From: Camelus ferus
Lineage: Eukaryota
Length of the DNA stretch: 64,000 nt
NCBI RefSeq assembly: GCF_009834535.1
Contig: NC_045710.1
Coordinates: forward strand, 12,710,001 to 12,774,000
Direction: 5' to 3'
Under the pieces are notes generated by a model. That model was not told where the DNA came from. It was given only the letters and a program-made list of their open reading frames with translations, and did no database searches. Each line of letters opens with the position of its first letter. The stretch's first letter is position 1. The position numbers were made by a program, and so were the translations under genes. Shown here piece by piece: positions 1 through 13,663 of the stretch.

Positions 1-1589
1 CCACCCTATAATCTCAAGATAAAGATGGGATAGAAGGTTAGAACAAGGATGGGATTCTCAGGCACAACATTTGGGCTCTATTTTAAGTTTTAGCACTCCG
101 ATTGCTAAGAACAAAGAGGAAGCACATTGGTTTAATAATGGTTATTAGCTAAAATCCAAAGCATTTAAATCCATGTTTAGAGAATATTTCTTTCTAAACT
201 TAAATTCAAGGAAAAAAAATATTACATGGATCTTGATAGCACACAACCCAAAGCTTTCAACTTTGACCCCCTTTTGAGGATCTAGGAAACAGTGATCATC
301 CTTCCAGTGATCTAATTAACTACTTTTCAAGCCTAAGCAAAGATCCCTAGCGCCCACAGCTCCTTCTCCCAGTAGGAGAATCCTGTGGCTCATCATCACT
401 AAGAACCCCTTTCCTAGGACACCGTGGCGAGGACATGCCTCAGGGCCCAGTATCCTCGCGCATTCCTTCATTCACAGATGTTTCTCCTCGGGACCTCTTT
501 TATGCCAGAAGTTGGATTAGCCATTGGTCAATAGGAACTGACAGGTAACAGGTGAGAGAATGAGCTACGGGCAGAAAGAGGCAATTTGCAGAGGCAGAAT
601 CATTTTCACCTCGGGATCGCCCCTGCCCAGCAGCAGTTCAAGTGCGGAGATGAGCCCCTCTGTCCTGTGTGCAGCCCTGTCCTTTACACCAGCGAGACAT
701 TCCTTGGGGCCAGAGCCTGTGAGCTGCATCTGTGCTACCTGCAGTTTTGATGATGCCACTGGGTGTCCAGTAAACACCTGCAGAGAGACATGCTCGCATC
801 CTCTCTTGAACCACCGGGTCTTTCCCTAAGCCAGTGGGTGTCTGCCTCATGAGCTTTTCCCTGCATACGTTCTGCCTGACCCCTCGCGGGACCTGCAAAC
901 TGGCCCTTCCCTTAGTCCCAGACCTGTTCCTCCTAGTGGGGCTAAGACAACACTTCTTTTCCAAGACTGACTCTTGGGGCCTCATGTGGTTTTCCTGCCC
1001 CTGTGCACCATCCATGCCCCACATCAAAGGATCTCATACCAGCCCCGCTCATGTCTCAAGCTTCTGACACTAGAAGTAGCAATGTTTGCCTTTCTTTTTC
1101 ACTCTTAGCTTTGCAATAGATGACAAAAGTCATCTTTGGATGTAGCTAGAGCTGGCCTGTGGCAATAAGGAGTCAGGTCATGGGGATGCCAGACTCTTTT
1201 AAAATAAATAAATGCTGAAATTACCTATTTAAAATAATATTTAAGGTACATACTGAAATCACTAAAAGAAGAAGATAAAAGCATGATTCCATTAATGTTC
1301 TAGTTCCTATTTTAAGGAAAAAGTTCCAATCTTTAGTTTTGGGCACTTACACCACAGCTATAATTCTGGAGAAACTTAGGAAATGAGGGAACAATGTTTA
1401 GTGTTATTATTTCTAAAAGCAAGCCTGTAGGAAACATATCCTTGTGATTTAGGGTTATATAATATGATCTCAGCTAAGGAAACTGGAAAAGGAGAAGTAT
1501 CTCAGGAGACATTCTGGTCTGTAGCATCAACTTGCCTGCTGCCATCCCCACATAACAGCAGCAACTCACATCCACGACGTGTTCTCTAA

Positions 1590-1800
1590 GTGCCTGCCAC
1601 CCGGTGAGACCGTTACACACATTATCTCATTTAATCCTCAATAACAACCCTGTGAGTCCGCTGTTATTATTCCCTTTGCACAAATAAGGAAACTGAGACT
1701 TTAGAGGTGAGTTTAAACATTTGTAAGTGACAGCTGGGATTAAAATCCAAGCGTGTCTGAGTCCATAGCCCAGAATTTTGCTATACTGAACTCCTGAATT
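1590..1800 (-). mobile_element. MIR SINE
   Basis: CTCATTTAATCCTCAATAACAACCCTGTGAG...AAGGAAACTGAGACT..GGGATTAAAATCCAAGC is the reverse complement of the MIR core. Confidence 0.85.
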
Positions 1801-1989
1801 ATATTTAATCACTGCCTCTTATAAAGTGTAGGACCAGATCCTTTGATTTCTCTAGTGCATTTCCAATATAATGTGTTGCATTTACCACAAAGATTGTTTT
1901 GATTCTGGTTATTAGTAATGTCACTGTGGTAAAGGAAAAAGATCATAAACAATTATTATTACTATTGATAAAACCAACATATGTCATTT

Positions 1990-2115
1990 ATCGTTTATAA
2001 GGTACTTCCATAACCATTAATTTTGATGAATTTTTCAACAACTCTATGAGGTGGGCATGTCCCTGTTTTACAGACAGGAAACTGAAGCTCAGAGAGTTTA
2101 AATGACTGCTACAAA
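1990..2115 (-). mobile_element. MIR SINE fragment
   Basis: CAACAACTCTATGAGGTGGG..TTTTACAGACAGGAAACTGAAGCTCAGAGAG. Confidence 0.85.
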
Positions 2116-2509
2116 GTCTGTTAACCTGTCACTGTTAGGCCGACCCCACTAGCGCATCCCTGAGGATCATGCCTCCTTAATCCCCTGCCCCGGGCGTCTC
2201 GCCTGCTTTACCCTGGGCCCTGCCCTGAGACCAAGCCTCAGCCTAAACTCAGTGCTCTTAGTTATGCCTGTTGTCAATTTCCATCAGCTTGTAAGATACA
2301 GATGTTCCTGAAAAAGATGGATGCACCAAATCAACAATGAGTAAGGAAGCCCAACTACAAGCGCAGTGAGAATTCCAAGACTCTTGGCGAGACGCAGCTT
2401 CTTCTTGGGCCTTTAGACTGGGAGCCTCTGGGAGACAGCCGTTATAAATCATTTATCTCTGCACCTCCAGCCTTGGCCTTCGGCTTAATGCCCAGTGGAT
2501 ACTTAATTC

Positions 2510-2565
2510 TTTCTGAATGATGAATGAATGAGTGCACCAGTCAATCAACAAATACTTCTGAGTTA
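2510..2565 (-). mobile_element. L2 LINE 3' tail fragment
   Basis: (TGAA)n-like tract followed by TCAATCAACAAATACTTCTGAG. Confidence 0.5.
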
Positions 2566-2593
2566 AAAGTTCTTCAGTATCTTTCTTCTTAAC

Positions 2594-2635
2594 CTAGTGC
2601 TTCCTCTTTTGACTTTTTTGACTTCTTCTTAGGAT
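2594..2635 (-). CDS. Candidate 42-nt coding exon (D-PKKKSKKSKEEAL), unnamed gene
   Basis: Strong acceptor TTTCCCTTCCATCTTCTCCAG, donor G|GTTAAG, open in phase 1 to 1; its Lys-rich peptide continues the Lys-rich end of the candidate exon at 3398-3759. No homologue recognised. Confidence 0.35.
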   Translation of the reverse strand: MLRRSQKSQKRKH

Positions 2636-3397
2636 CTGGAGAAGATGGAAGGGAAAGCACGGAGCCTTGCTGAGCCCCAGGCCAAATAGGAGGCAGGGTA
2701 CAGGGCCACACGCTGCACCCCTGCTGTGTCTCCCCGCCTCTTTTGCTGACTCAGCTCCTTGATCCCATGATGCCTCCCACTGTGCTCCTGGGGGCCGCAG
2801 GAGAGGAGTCCTCACCATTGTGGGAGGACGACTTTCACCTGGCCTTCCCTGCTCCAGGTTATTTTTTAGGAAAACGGAGCTCTTTTCTTGTGAAGTCCAG
2901 GAGCTGCCACCATTTTGGAGAATGTTAAGATGCAATTTTACCTAAAGAAGAGCCTCTTTTATTTATATTTTAGCAAGAAAGAGAAGCGAGACATCCCAGT
3001 TTTTAACATGGATTGAAAATGGAGTTCTGCCAGTTTTCTTTGTTTTACCCTGCCCTGCTCTGCTGGCCAGGGGAGGGGAGGAACAAGCAGGCTGTGTTCC
3101 TGGAGCGTTTTTCTGAGAACAGGAAAATGTCAGTGATTTAGATAATTGAGTATCGGGATTAAAATTTACCTGTGCCACCACGTTAAATAAAAAAGGTCTT
3201 GATTGAATAATATCAGCAAAGCAAACAGGATGATAAGGTAGCATTTCTGTCTGATTTAATGAAATAATTATTTCTATTGATTGTGTATATAAGTAATGGT
3301 AATTGTGATCCAATTCAATCTACTTATTAAAACATATCCCATAAGGCCTTCTACTAATCAGGAACCATTTCTTAGTCTACTTTGGTTATATAAATAC

Positions 3398-3759
3398 CTT
3401 TCTTGGGTTTTGTTACTGTTGACAACTCAGATTTTAGTCTCTCTCTTGCCAGAGATTGTCCTTGTCCACGAGGTTTCACCAGGGTTTTTACCCGTGAAAA
3501 TGTCCCACGGGATGGGCTTCTGGAGAGGAGTTTGCCAGGACCAGCCCTGACCTGAGAAAGGTGATAAAACTGTGCAAGGAAATGGAATGTGTCCAGAAAG
3601 GTCTTTGGATGGAATTCCAAAAGCAGATGAATCTCTGCTCTGGAGCCGCAATCTTCAGTAGCGTTGAGATCTTTCAGCATCCTCCTTTGCACGATAAAAT
3701 TGTTAAGAGAGGTGAAGAAATTGGCCTGGGAGGCAGTCATTTCATCTGTACCCAAATAC
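3398..3759 (-). CDS. Candidate 362-nt coding exon (YLGTDEMTASQ...ELSTVTKPKK), unnamed gene
   Basis: Acceptor TCTCTCCTTGTTTACAAG, donor AAG|GTATTT, open for 120 codons (phase 2 to 1). An internal acceptor at 3551 gives an alternative reading, so the frame is uncertain. Confidence 0.28.
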
Positions 3760-4305
3760 CTTGTAAACAAGGAGAGATTTTAAGTGTGGAGTGACTCTTT
3801 GCTTTCAGGGGCTTCCAGGGTAAGGCGGTGCTGAAGGAAGATGTTGACAAAGAGCAGAGGGGGCCGGACGAGGGCCCTGTTCCTTCCTGGCCCGGGGAAC
3901 ACTGCCAACCATGTGTGAGCACCCTGATTCCCCCTACAGAACAAGCCTGGCCTCGGAGCTGAAAGGATCTCCTGTTGTTACCTGGGCAACACCGGTACAA
4001 ATGGCTCAAATATAAGTATCTGCCTAACGAGACACCCCGGCTCACTGATGAGACCAGCAGAAAGTTAGTGATGCTGGGAAGGCGGGAACACAGGTTTTCT
4101 GTCCCTTCAGCTGGTGGGGTGTGTATAGCTCTACTCTGCTTCCCGTGGCCTGGCCCTGTGTGTTTGCAGAGGAAACATGAGCACAGAGCATCAAAATTGG
4201 TCAGGCATTTTCACACATCACCAGTACAAGCTGTACCAGGACATAGCAAATCACTAGCCTCTGAGAGCCCGGGGGACTCTGCTCTCCTCTCCCCGCTCCC
4301 ACCCC

Positions 4306-4307
<2 letters not shown>

Positions 4308-4344
<37 letters not shown>
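4308..4344. repeat. (AC)18 microsatellite
   Basis: Perfect dinucleotide run. Confidence 0.98.
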
Positions 4345-4346
<2 letters not shown>

Positions 4347-5689
4347 TTTGTATTGTCTGAGCTCTTCAAAACCTCCGTGGTGGGTGACCACGCCCACCAC
4401 AGCAATCTCTCCATCAACCGAATTCCCAAGGAATTAATTATTCTCTCTGCCAAAGATGTCTTGTCGCTCCCAAAAGAATGAGAAGCTCTCAAACACTTCA
4501 GTGTCTTTCACAGTGCCTACACTTGGTTGGCACTTACTTAGTTAAGATTTTCGGGTTGGTTGAATAATTTCAGTGTCGTAAATAAACACCCAGAAGTGAC
4601 TCCTCCTTCTGTCTCATCTCCACATCTGTCCCCCATCCCATAGCCTTTCAGGACCCCTGGGTAGGGCCAGGCCTGCTGGTCAGTTATGGGATCAGGGACT
4701 TGTCCCTCCCCTGGAAGCTAAGGGGCTGCACCCACGATATGTAAGAACCTTTCTGGTGTAACCTAATGGGTTTAGCTGACTCTAGACTTTTCAAATGGTC
4801 ATTTGGTTAGTGCCTCAGTCAGCCGATTCATAAGTTCATTTTCAACCTTTAAGTGAAGATTTAAAATTAAGCTTTTTTGGTCTCATTAGTCTTTCTGGCT
4901 TCTCGTTTTCCTCTTGATCATCCAAGTTCCTTTCTGCCCCTGGGAAAATAAGCACTGGCCTCAGTGCTATCCTGTGATCCACTAAGAACCTCTGCCCCTT
5001 TCTGCAGTGATTCACGCAGAACTCCCTCCTCCTCAGCCGGGGAGGGCCGTCCCCTCCCCCCCACACACCCCCACCAAGTTCTTGCCCTGTGTCTTATCCC
5101 CACCCTCCCTAGGGCGCCCCACCTGCCTAACACCCTGATGGCTGCATCCTGCATCATGATGAGGGCTCTGAGCACCTTCCTCCCAAACCAGCCCTGCAGT
5201 CCAATCCCCTCCAGACTTCAGCCTCTCACCAGAAAGTTTTATTGTCTCTGCTTTTTGGTTTTGTTTGCTTGTTTTCTACTCATGGGCCCCTTTTACCTTC
5301 CTCTCCACATACCACCTACCCATCCCCTGCTCTCCCTGACAGGCCCCACAGGCTCCTCTATCCTCCAGCTCTTGGGAGACCCTTGTGCGGTGATCACTAC
5401 AGGTGCTTTCCAGGCCTCCGCTTTCCACCCACCTACAACCTAGACAACCAGACGCAGTCATAAGTGCATCCTCCCCACCCCCAATCAGATTTCCTTCTGA
5501 CTGAGAGCTGGGAAGTCAGCTGGCGCGTCAGCTGGAACCGCATCCCGCTCACCGAGGAGGCCTGGTGTCCTCCCTGGGGAGAAGCACCTGCCCAGATACG
5601 CCTGCCCTGCTCCCACCGCCCCTGAGTCACTGGTCCATGGTGTTGCTGCCACACGCCCACGCCCCCTGCACTACAACGCTCAGGAAACC

Positions 5690-5790
5690 GGAAATACATC
5701 TCAGTCACTTTGCAGTCCCCACACATTCAGGACTGGCCCAGAGCTGTGATCAGTAAGTTGTGTTGAATGAATGAATGAATGAATGAGCAA
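5690..5790 (+). mobile_element. L2 3' end with (TGAA)n tail
   Basis: ..CAGTAAGTTGTGTTGAATGAATGAATGAATGAATGA (tail 5764-5786). Confidence 0.6.
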
Positions 5791-6655
5791 GTAGCCATTT
5801 GGAGCAGGCTCCTTCCTCCACACAGAGATTTCTCATTTCCTCTCCCTTCCAAGCCCTTCGCATTCATGCTCTGTGTCCCATGCCTGGCTTCCTGGCTTCC
5901 CCTCCCGGGTCAGCTCTCACTACCTACCGGACTGATGTTTGTGAACTACAAGTCACCCCTCTCGAATTTAAACTAAGCAGGCCTGATTCTTTTGCCTTTC
6001 TTCACAGAACTTGCCTTTTCACCATTATCTTCCCTTTATTTGGACTCTCTCCAAGTGGTCCGCCTCCCTCCTGAGTTGTAAAGCGGAGAAAGAGGTTAGG
6101 TTTGTAAGGCCAAGCCGTTAGGTTTTATCTCCTCAGATGGGAGCCTCTGAGAAGTCTGGCTTCTTGCTCTCGGAGACTGTCGTAAGTTTCAATTAGCCAG
6201 AATGACACAACTACCCCGAGAGGGGCCACATCTCCTGCGCACTGGTCAGAGCTGCGGTGGGCTGTGAAGGCTGCTCGTCATTTTAGGAGCGGCTTTCAGG
6301 AGGTCTGTGACCAGGGGAGACCGTCTTTACAATCAAGGTGGGAATGAACTGGCAAAAGCGTGATGGGCCAGGATACCGTTGTGGTTGCTGCACTTCCACT
6401 GCGAGGCTTATCCTCCTCTTCTGTTTACCAAGGTCTTTTCAAAATTATTATAATTATTAAACACCTAGGATTGTAGGGTTCACAAGCTGCATGATAGGAA
6501 GGCTTAAGCTCAAGTTGTCTAAGTTTTGGAAGAGGATCAAAACCCAAGCTGAAGCTCCTTCCCGTTGGACTCACAGGCCGTTGTTACTGTGTTTAGCTTT
6601 GGATAAACTTTCCTAGGGAAGGTGACTGCTCACAGCGGTTCATTTTAAATGTGCA

Positions 6656-6843
6656 NNNNNNNNNNNNNNNNNNNNNNNNNNNNNNNNNNNNNNNNNNNNN
6701 NNNNNNNNNNNNNNNNNNNNNNNNNNNNNNNNNNNNNNNNNNNNNNNNNNNNNNNNNNNNNNNNNNNNNNNNNNNNNNNNNNNNNNNNNNNNNNNNNNNN
6801 NNNNNNNNNNNNNNNNNNNNNNNNNNNNNNNNNNNNNNNNNNN
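6656..6843. other. Assembly gap (188 N)
   Basis: Run of N. Confidence 0.99.
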
Positions 6844-7674
6844 AAATGGTTTTATAGCCGAATGTAATCTGCTGTCCTGCTATCAGGAGTCACGTTACAC
6901 ACCTGCCAAGATCCAAGCCAAGAAAATAACATTCACGGTTCTCACTCTGGTCAGGAATGCTCTGTGCACATTAGAGAGACAGAGTGACAGGCATTTTAGC
7001 TCGACTGCCACAGAGCCCATTAAACATTCTGAACTTCTTAGCAATAGTATTCAAAGTCGTTTTAGTACTAAAACATATACAAGAAAATTAGGACAAAACA
7101 GGATTTTCCCTCCAGGGACAGGTAAGGCAAAATCCTTCCCCACCAAAAACAATTCAAAGAACATGATGACTTGTGCTGATACCCAGTGCTTCAGAAAATG
7201 TCAGAGAGGGCTTCTTGTGGGATAATCCCCAGGATGCCTCACGGCCGCAAGGATGCCTGAAAGGAGAAGGTAATCCCACCCCACCGCTTCACTCTACCTC
7301 ACTGCCAAGTGTCTAAGTCATTTAGATATTCAGAAACCAGAGACTCGATTTTCCTAAAGACCCTGACCTTGAGCCCAAGACCCGTGACTGGTGGAGGGCC
7401 ATAATGACACCTTTCTCCAAGCACAGCTGCCTCTAAAAGAAGCAGTAGACCTCTGAGAGTCTGTCAGAATAACCTAAAACAAGTCTTGATTGAGAATTCT
7501 GTGGGTTTTTTTTTTTTTCCTGAACTGGTTTTGAAAATATTCTATTGCTGCCTATGGTAAGAGTTAAACAAATCACTCACAGAAATCCCTACTTCCATGC
7601 TTTTCACAAAAAAACAAATTTCTCTACAACCAGAGCTGCCCAGTGATTTAATTTTTGCCGACTTGAGCTCTTAC

Positions 7675-7717
7675 AGGATGGGGACAGGATCCGCCCACTT
7701 CTCTGTACCCACGTGAC
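7675..7717 (-). CDS. Candidate 43-nt exon (HVGTEKWADPVPI)
   Basis: Acceptor ..CCACGCCTGGTCTCCACAG, donor CCT|GTAAGA; phase 1 to 2 fits the neighbouring candidates. Confidence 0.25.
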
Positions 7718-8159
7718 CTGTGGAGACCAGGCGTGGAACACGGTGGGAAATGTTCGCGGAATGAATTCGGGGGTGGAGGGTCCTTTCCCGCGGTGCACCA
7801 CCCTGGGCTGAGCAGGCACCAAGCAAACGTGAGGCCGTCCTTTCCCTCCCCCTGGTCACTTAGTCTACAAAAGAAACCACTGGAAACATTGGCCACCAGG
7901 ATAGAAGAGAGTAGTCATGTCCAGGGGAAGAAGGCAGAAGGGGTGCCCTTTACACTGCCTCCTTTGAGCTACTCACCCTCGCCTTTGAAAAAACCTCACT
8001 TTGAACCAAGATTTCCAGACTCCCTCAGACAGCCTGTCACTCTGCACCTCAGAGCACTCAGAATCTGTCCCCTACTCCCCGGCTTTGGCACTTCTGCAGC
8101 AATAAAACATGGCATGTGATTGATCGCCGCCCGCGGTGAGTCTCGGCTTCCCAGCGCGG

Positions 8160-8255
8160 GCATGAGCTCCCCAAGGGCAGGAAGTGGCGTGTTTCTCAGC
8201 TCTCTCAGGTTTGGCCCTGCTGAGTGCCCACGGTCCAGGCACTCAGCAAATAGAG
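8160..8255 (+). mobile_element. L2 3' end fragment
   Basis: TGAGCTCCCCAAGGGCAGG...GAGTGCCCACGGTCCAGGCACTCAGCAAATA matches the L2 3' terminus. Confidence 0.7.
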
Positions 8256-8351
8256 AGGGCCCCTTCGAGTTTACTCTCCTTGGAGTTTTCTTTCTAAAAA
8301 AATACACAGCTTAGAGGTCTCAGGTAACTTGGTTTCCTGCTGTAGTCCAAG

Positions 8352-8530
8352 TCCTTGCTAGTCAAAGTGTGGCCCTGTGGTCCAGGGACCAGCAGCATCG
8401 GCATCACCTGGGAACTTGTTAAAAATACAGCCGCCTAAGTGCCCCCAACCCAAACCCACTGCATCGGCCCCTGCAGTCCAGCAGGGGCCCCAGGAGAGTC
8501 AAATGCATTTTCAAGGCTGGGCAGCCTCAT
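8352..8530 (+). mobile_element. MER5A-type hAT-Charlie MITE
   Basis: TCAAAGTGTGG..CCAGGGACCAGCAGCATCGGCATCACCTGGGAACTTGTTAAAAAT closely matches the MER5A 5' half. Confidence 0.85.
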
Positions 8531-10661
8531 TAAGCTACACCCTCCTCTCTGAAAGGGACCCTGCAGAGCACTGAGGAGTCCAATCCCTGGCAGAGTCCTC
8601 TGTGTGATCCACGAGCTGCATAGCTCCACGCAGCTCCCCACGGCAGAGAAAGACAACGTGGAGCCAAGGGGTCTGAGCCAGAAGAGAAGGCAGACAACAG
8701 CACCTCCACCAAGTGCCTAAGAGGACACTTCGGTGTCCAGAGAGCAGGCGCGCATGGCCAGAGGCAAGGCGGCCAGAAGCTGGCTCCAGAGGAGCATTCC
8801 CAGACTGGGGCCTCGACCTGCCAGCCCCGCCCACGTGGCCCAGCGTTCCCAGCCCACATGTAACCTTCAGCCCCTGCCCAGAGCACTCAGCGTGACAGTA
8901 ATAATAGTAGTCACAAGAAAATGCAACCTCGATCATGCTAACAACTTTTGAAAAGTAAAATGCTGGGGATATGATTTCAATTAAAACTCACATTGTCTGA
9001 CTTGTCTCTCTGCACAGCAGACGTTCACCTCCTCTTGCCCTCTTAACCTTCTCTTTTTAAAACTAAGGAGGACAAGAGGCACTGGATTGATGACTGCTCC
9101 CACCTCCACCTCGAGGTGTGGGGGTCTGTATGCCCCACGTTACTTCCCATGCTCTATCTGCTGAGCCCCCAATGCAAAAAAAAAAAAAAAGCCTTCATGC
9201 TAACCTCACCCCAAACAAATCCCCCAAATTGTGGCAGAATCTGAGTCCCTTTCCTCTACCCCGCCTCCACCTTGTCTCAGTTTATGAATAAACAATTCTG
9301 AGCTTAAAAGGAACTGCTCATGCACAAATGGAAAGAGCCTAAATTCCTTGCCAGAGCTTGTCTCATGCAGACAGCCCCAATGATCTACCTCATTTGTGTT
9401 GAAGGTGGCTTTTTCTAAATCAATTCTGATCACCCAGCAGGTGAGTGCCAGACAGCCAGGTGGGGATGGGGAAACAGCCTGGTCAGCATCCCAGTGCATA
9501 CTCTCCCCAAAGAAACAGACTTGCTGTCACCCTGGAGATCGCTCGTGCTGTCTTTCAACAAGATGCTACACAGAATACAACAAACAAGGCCAGCATCAAA
9601 GCCATTTGGTTACATGTAAACAATCAAACTTAAGCTTCCTAAAAAATTTATGAACTAACGCAGCAGATATTTCTTGAGTGTTTGACCGCCTTTCTGAGTC
9701 TCATTCCCATCTTTTCTTATCCAAGTAATGCCTATTCATTCTTTACAATTAGCTCAAATGTTATCTACATCAAAATTTTTCTAACTCTTCCCAAATTTCC
9801 CAAATGCTCTCCCATTCTGCTTGGGGTAAGTATCCTCCTTTGATGGGGGTTTTCAGGAAAACAAAATTAGCAACTGTTCAGATGGTTTCTGTCTATTACT
9901 GTGAGGGGAATTAACAGTGACTTTGAAATTCAAATGAAGTAACGTATATATGTTCCTGATAAACCTCACATTTTATAAAACCACACATTAAAAGCAGCAG
10001 GGCTTTGGGGAAAATAAAGTTAAGAGTGGATCATTCAAAACATGAAATTTTAAACAGCACTAACAAAAATAGTAACAATTAGTAACACAAATAATAGAGT
10101 AGTTAAATCACCACTGGTTTTTGCTCCCGGCATCAGAGCCCCTCTATGTTTTGCATCTTTAATTTTTTTAATTTAATTTTCCACTTAATTCCTTTCATTT
10201 CTGCCTTCAAGACATAGGTCCTGAAGGGCATTTCATCTCATAGAGATTAGTTTCATCAAAATAAAACATATGATCCAAGGCATAAATTTTCTTTATCAGT
10301 TAGTTTTTTTTAACACTAAGGGAAATGTATTTGCAGCTCCTTCACTGCCTTATAGCTTCCCCAAATAGTTCACAACAGAAGGAAGAGTACCAGTGCTTAA
10401 AGCCATTATATCAGTCACTTCTTGCTCTAAAGGAAAGCATTGTGCAGGGTTTTCAGCTTTTTTCTTAAGGTTTTTCATTTATCACAAAGGCTGTCACTTT
10501 ACTTGAGAACAAACTTGCCCTCTTTTTTAAACACGTTAAAAAGTTTTGTGAAAAATCACCATTATACTGATACCATTTTTCCTATTAAAAGAAACATGTA
10601 ACAGAACGGGCTGTACAGACACTTGCAGCGAATACTATGCGAGTGTTTCAAACATCAGTTG

Positions 10662-11068
10662 TGTGGCTGACAGAATAATGTCCCTTGGAGAGCAAAAGGG
10701 ACTTAACAACCTTGCAGATGAGACTGAGCTAAGGATATTAAGATGGGAAGATTATCTTGGATTATCTAGGTCGGTCCAGCATAGTCACGAGGGTCCTTAT
10801 AAGAGGGAGACAGGCAGAGCTGGAGAGAGATGTGATGACTTCAGCAGATGTGGGGGCGACGTGGGGTCACAACCCAAGGAATGCAGGCAGCCTCCTACCG
10901 GGTGTAAAAGCCAAAGAAATGGGTTCTTCTCCAGGGCCTCCAATGAAACGCAGCCCTGCCGGCCCATCTTAGGCTTTTGACCTCCAGAACTGTATGAAAA
11001 TAAATGTGTGTCATTTTAAGCCACTAACTTAATGGTGATTTGTTACAGAACAACAGGAAACTAATACA
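10662..11068 (+). mobile_element. MLT1 (ERVL-MaLR) solo LTR, MLT1D-like
   Basis: TGTGG..CAGAATAATG start; AGATGGGAAGATTATCTTGGATTATC core; AATAAATGTGTGTCATTTTAAGCCACTAA...GGAAACTAATACA end. Confidence 0.9.
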
Positions 11069-12479
11069 ATAGTAAAACCACCACAGTAAGATCAACATCA
11101 GTCATTATTTCTTCATCTATCTATTTACCAACACTACCTCCCCAATTTTTCAACTGAGGAAACATGATAAAACTTTACTGTGGGCATACCACTGTAAGAG
11201 CCTTGCCACTACTGTCTCATAGCAGACGTGATCATGTATTCAAAGACTGAGACAACAAAGAGGTAACTATAGTCAAAAAGGACTTTGTTAAACATTTAAT
11301 ATAAACTGAATAAATCCTTATGCTTACTGCATGATGCCTCAAGTAATTCATCAAGGTACTGCACAGAGCAATATTTAGACCAAAAACAGCCCATCTAGAT
11401 GTGGAATCTCGGTCTTAGGATCAGTAATGAACATTGTAGGTATATAATGGGGCCTGAACCCAGTTGTATCCAGTGTCGGGGAACTGCTTACTACACATGC
11501 AAAACTGTGCATCACACCTGCCCCGAACCCCACAAAGCAGGCAGACGATGGCGCCTCATCCCCAGGCTGAGTAAACAGGGAGAACCCGCGCCTGGAGCCA
11601 CCACCTGGGGGCAGGGCCTCCACTCAAGTCTGGACTCCAAGCTAAGCCTACGACTTCAGATGCCTTTTCTTTCTAGGATCAGAAGCAAGCAGCTTGGAAA
11701 AGCACATAAGACACAGTACATACCACACCTTATCATTCTCACACCAACTGCATCAACTGTCTACTGAACATCTTTCCAATGAAAAGCAAGAAAAGAGAAA
11801 GAGAAATGGCCAAGACCTTTAGCACCTCCTCAAGGAAGCTTCCAAGGCCATTGTGACTGATCGCAGATTTCACATAATTCACTGCTGTGCTGCTGCAGGG
11901 GGTTGAACATGGAGTTTCCTCTCCCATCTTTCTACACTCTTTTCACTTAAAGTAGTGTGTTCGTATTCTCACTGTTCAGTGTGGGCCAGCACAGCCTCAG
12001 TGATTCACTTTTCCCATGCTTACTCAACACATTTCCAGATCAAACATAGATTTAGGTGACATAATCAGTAGTCACTTAACAAACATGAAAAGCAGCCCTA
12101 GGGGGTTTACACAAAGTCCAAACGGAAATATGAACTTGGCTCACCTGATAGATCTGAGTTGTGGCTGGCAGAGCTCGAAATACACATCCCTTTCTTATCT
12201 CCCTCCAATTTCTCACCATGACTACTCTCTCAGAGAACTCCCTCATATTTTCAGATGAGTCTAAGAGGGAAATTCAGTTCTTTTCTCAAAAGTAGGAAAA
12301 GTGAGTCCTTTTCTCTTGGGACTCAGGAGCCTCCAACCCTGCCGCCAGTTCATTGGGTCACTCCATATTGCAGGGGCCCAAGCGCAGCTCTCTGAAAAAC
12401 AGAGTGTGGTCGATCTTCTGCATAGATGGTGCAGCGTCCATAGATGGTGCCAAGTGCCCTTCCTTTTCCTGCAAGCTCA

Positions 12480-12829
12480 CGCCACTCCTCTGTCTACTTC
12501 CTCTCTTCTAAATGCCTGGCTGCCCTGCAACTTGCTTTGGGCAATAGAATGTGATGGAAGCCAGTTCTGAGCCAACCCTGGGAGGCCAGGTAGGTACTGT
12601 TTTCTGTCTCTGGGAAGGCAGCCTCCAGGTGAAGATGCTCAGATTGACAACTGAATGGTGAGCAACCATGTGGAGAGAGAATGGCCACGTGCAGGAGAAC
12701 CAGAAAGAGAGATCTTCCCCAACAACTGCATCCTGACAGCATCGCAGTCATGAGCAAATAAATGGTGGTGGCTGTTCAGCCAATGCATTTGGGGGAGATT
12801 ATGTTATGAAACAATAGAAAACTGAAACA
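12480..12829 (+). mobile_element. Older MLT1 (MaLR) LTR, H/J/K-like
   Basis: GCAACTTGCTTTGGGCAATAGAATGTG...AATAAATGGTGGTGGCTG..CAGCCAATGCATTTGGGG...AATAGAAAACTGAAACA 3' end. Confidence 0.8.
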
Positions 12830-13663
12830 GAGAGTCTGGAGTGGGTGATTGCTAAGATGACGACCTCTTGTCCTAAAATCCTTTGCTCTTCGTTGTTTCT
12901 CAACAGAAAGGGCTCATCTGAAAGCACCAAAACTAAGGTGTGTTAGTTGAGAGGACGTTATTCCCAGAGACACCCTCCTGCCTCCACCCGAGAGGCTCTG
13001 CCATCATCCCACCCAAGCACGGTGGAGATTTCAGAGGCTGAGCCGGCTTCCACCGAGCTTCGGCCCCTGGCATCTTACCAGAAGAGGGGTCAGGAGATGG
13101 GCATCCGAAACCATGATGCCCAGAGCCCCCAACAGGGAAAGGAAGGAAGAAGTAAAATGGTTACAGAAGAATTGGGTGGATAACTGAAAGAGGATTATGC
13201 TATAATAACAATGAGGATTGGATTTCATAAAATCCTCGGTTCATAAGTTCATGGCTGGAAACAAGGTCCCCCTGCAGCAGTTAGTTTAGCAGTCTTGAAA
13301 AGCCGGCGTGACTTCCACCTCTCTGCTTTCTCCGCTCTGCGAAGAAGGCCTGGTGTGAGATCAGCCCAGCCGGACAACTGAGAACACACCACTTGGCCCG
13401 GTGATACGGAAAAGCAGCTGCCCACCTGGTGTGACTTAGAAATGCCGTCCAAAGAGAGGAGGCAGAGGGTGCGCCCCATCCTGGGCGCCTGTGATAGAGG
13501 AAAGAAAGAGGAGAGACTAGTCAGATCCTGGGGAAAAGATAAAAACAAAATGAGCCTCGACAAAAAGAGGTCGTAAGGGCGTTCCAGAGAACACCCCCCA
13601 ACACACGTTTACAGTTTAGCGATTTCGGCATTTAATGATGTCAGAGGTTGCTTCGCAGGTTAC

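Noticed and set aside
4211-4520. Protein-like frames on both strands beside the (AC)18 repeat
   Set aside because: Each frame is cut by stops or lacks a usable splice site; the ORFs are extended artificially through the microsatellite.
8218-8248. Perfect 11-bp hairpin TGCTGAGTGCC-N9-GGCACTCAGCA
   Set aside because: It coincides with the native stem-loop of the L2 3' end and is too short for a pre-miRNA. Even by chance about 0.15 are expected (4^-11 x 64000 x ~10 loop sizes).
11739-11927. Hydrophobic 62-aa minus-strand ORF, possible processed pseudogene
   Set aside because: No parent gene recognised, and no poly(A) tail or target-site duplication.
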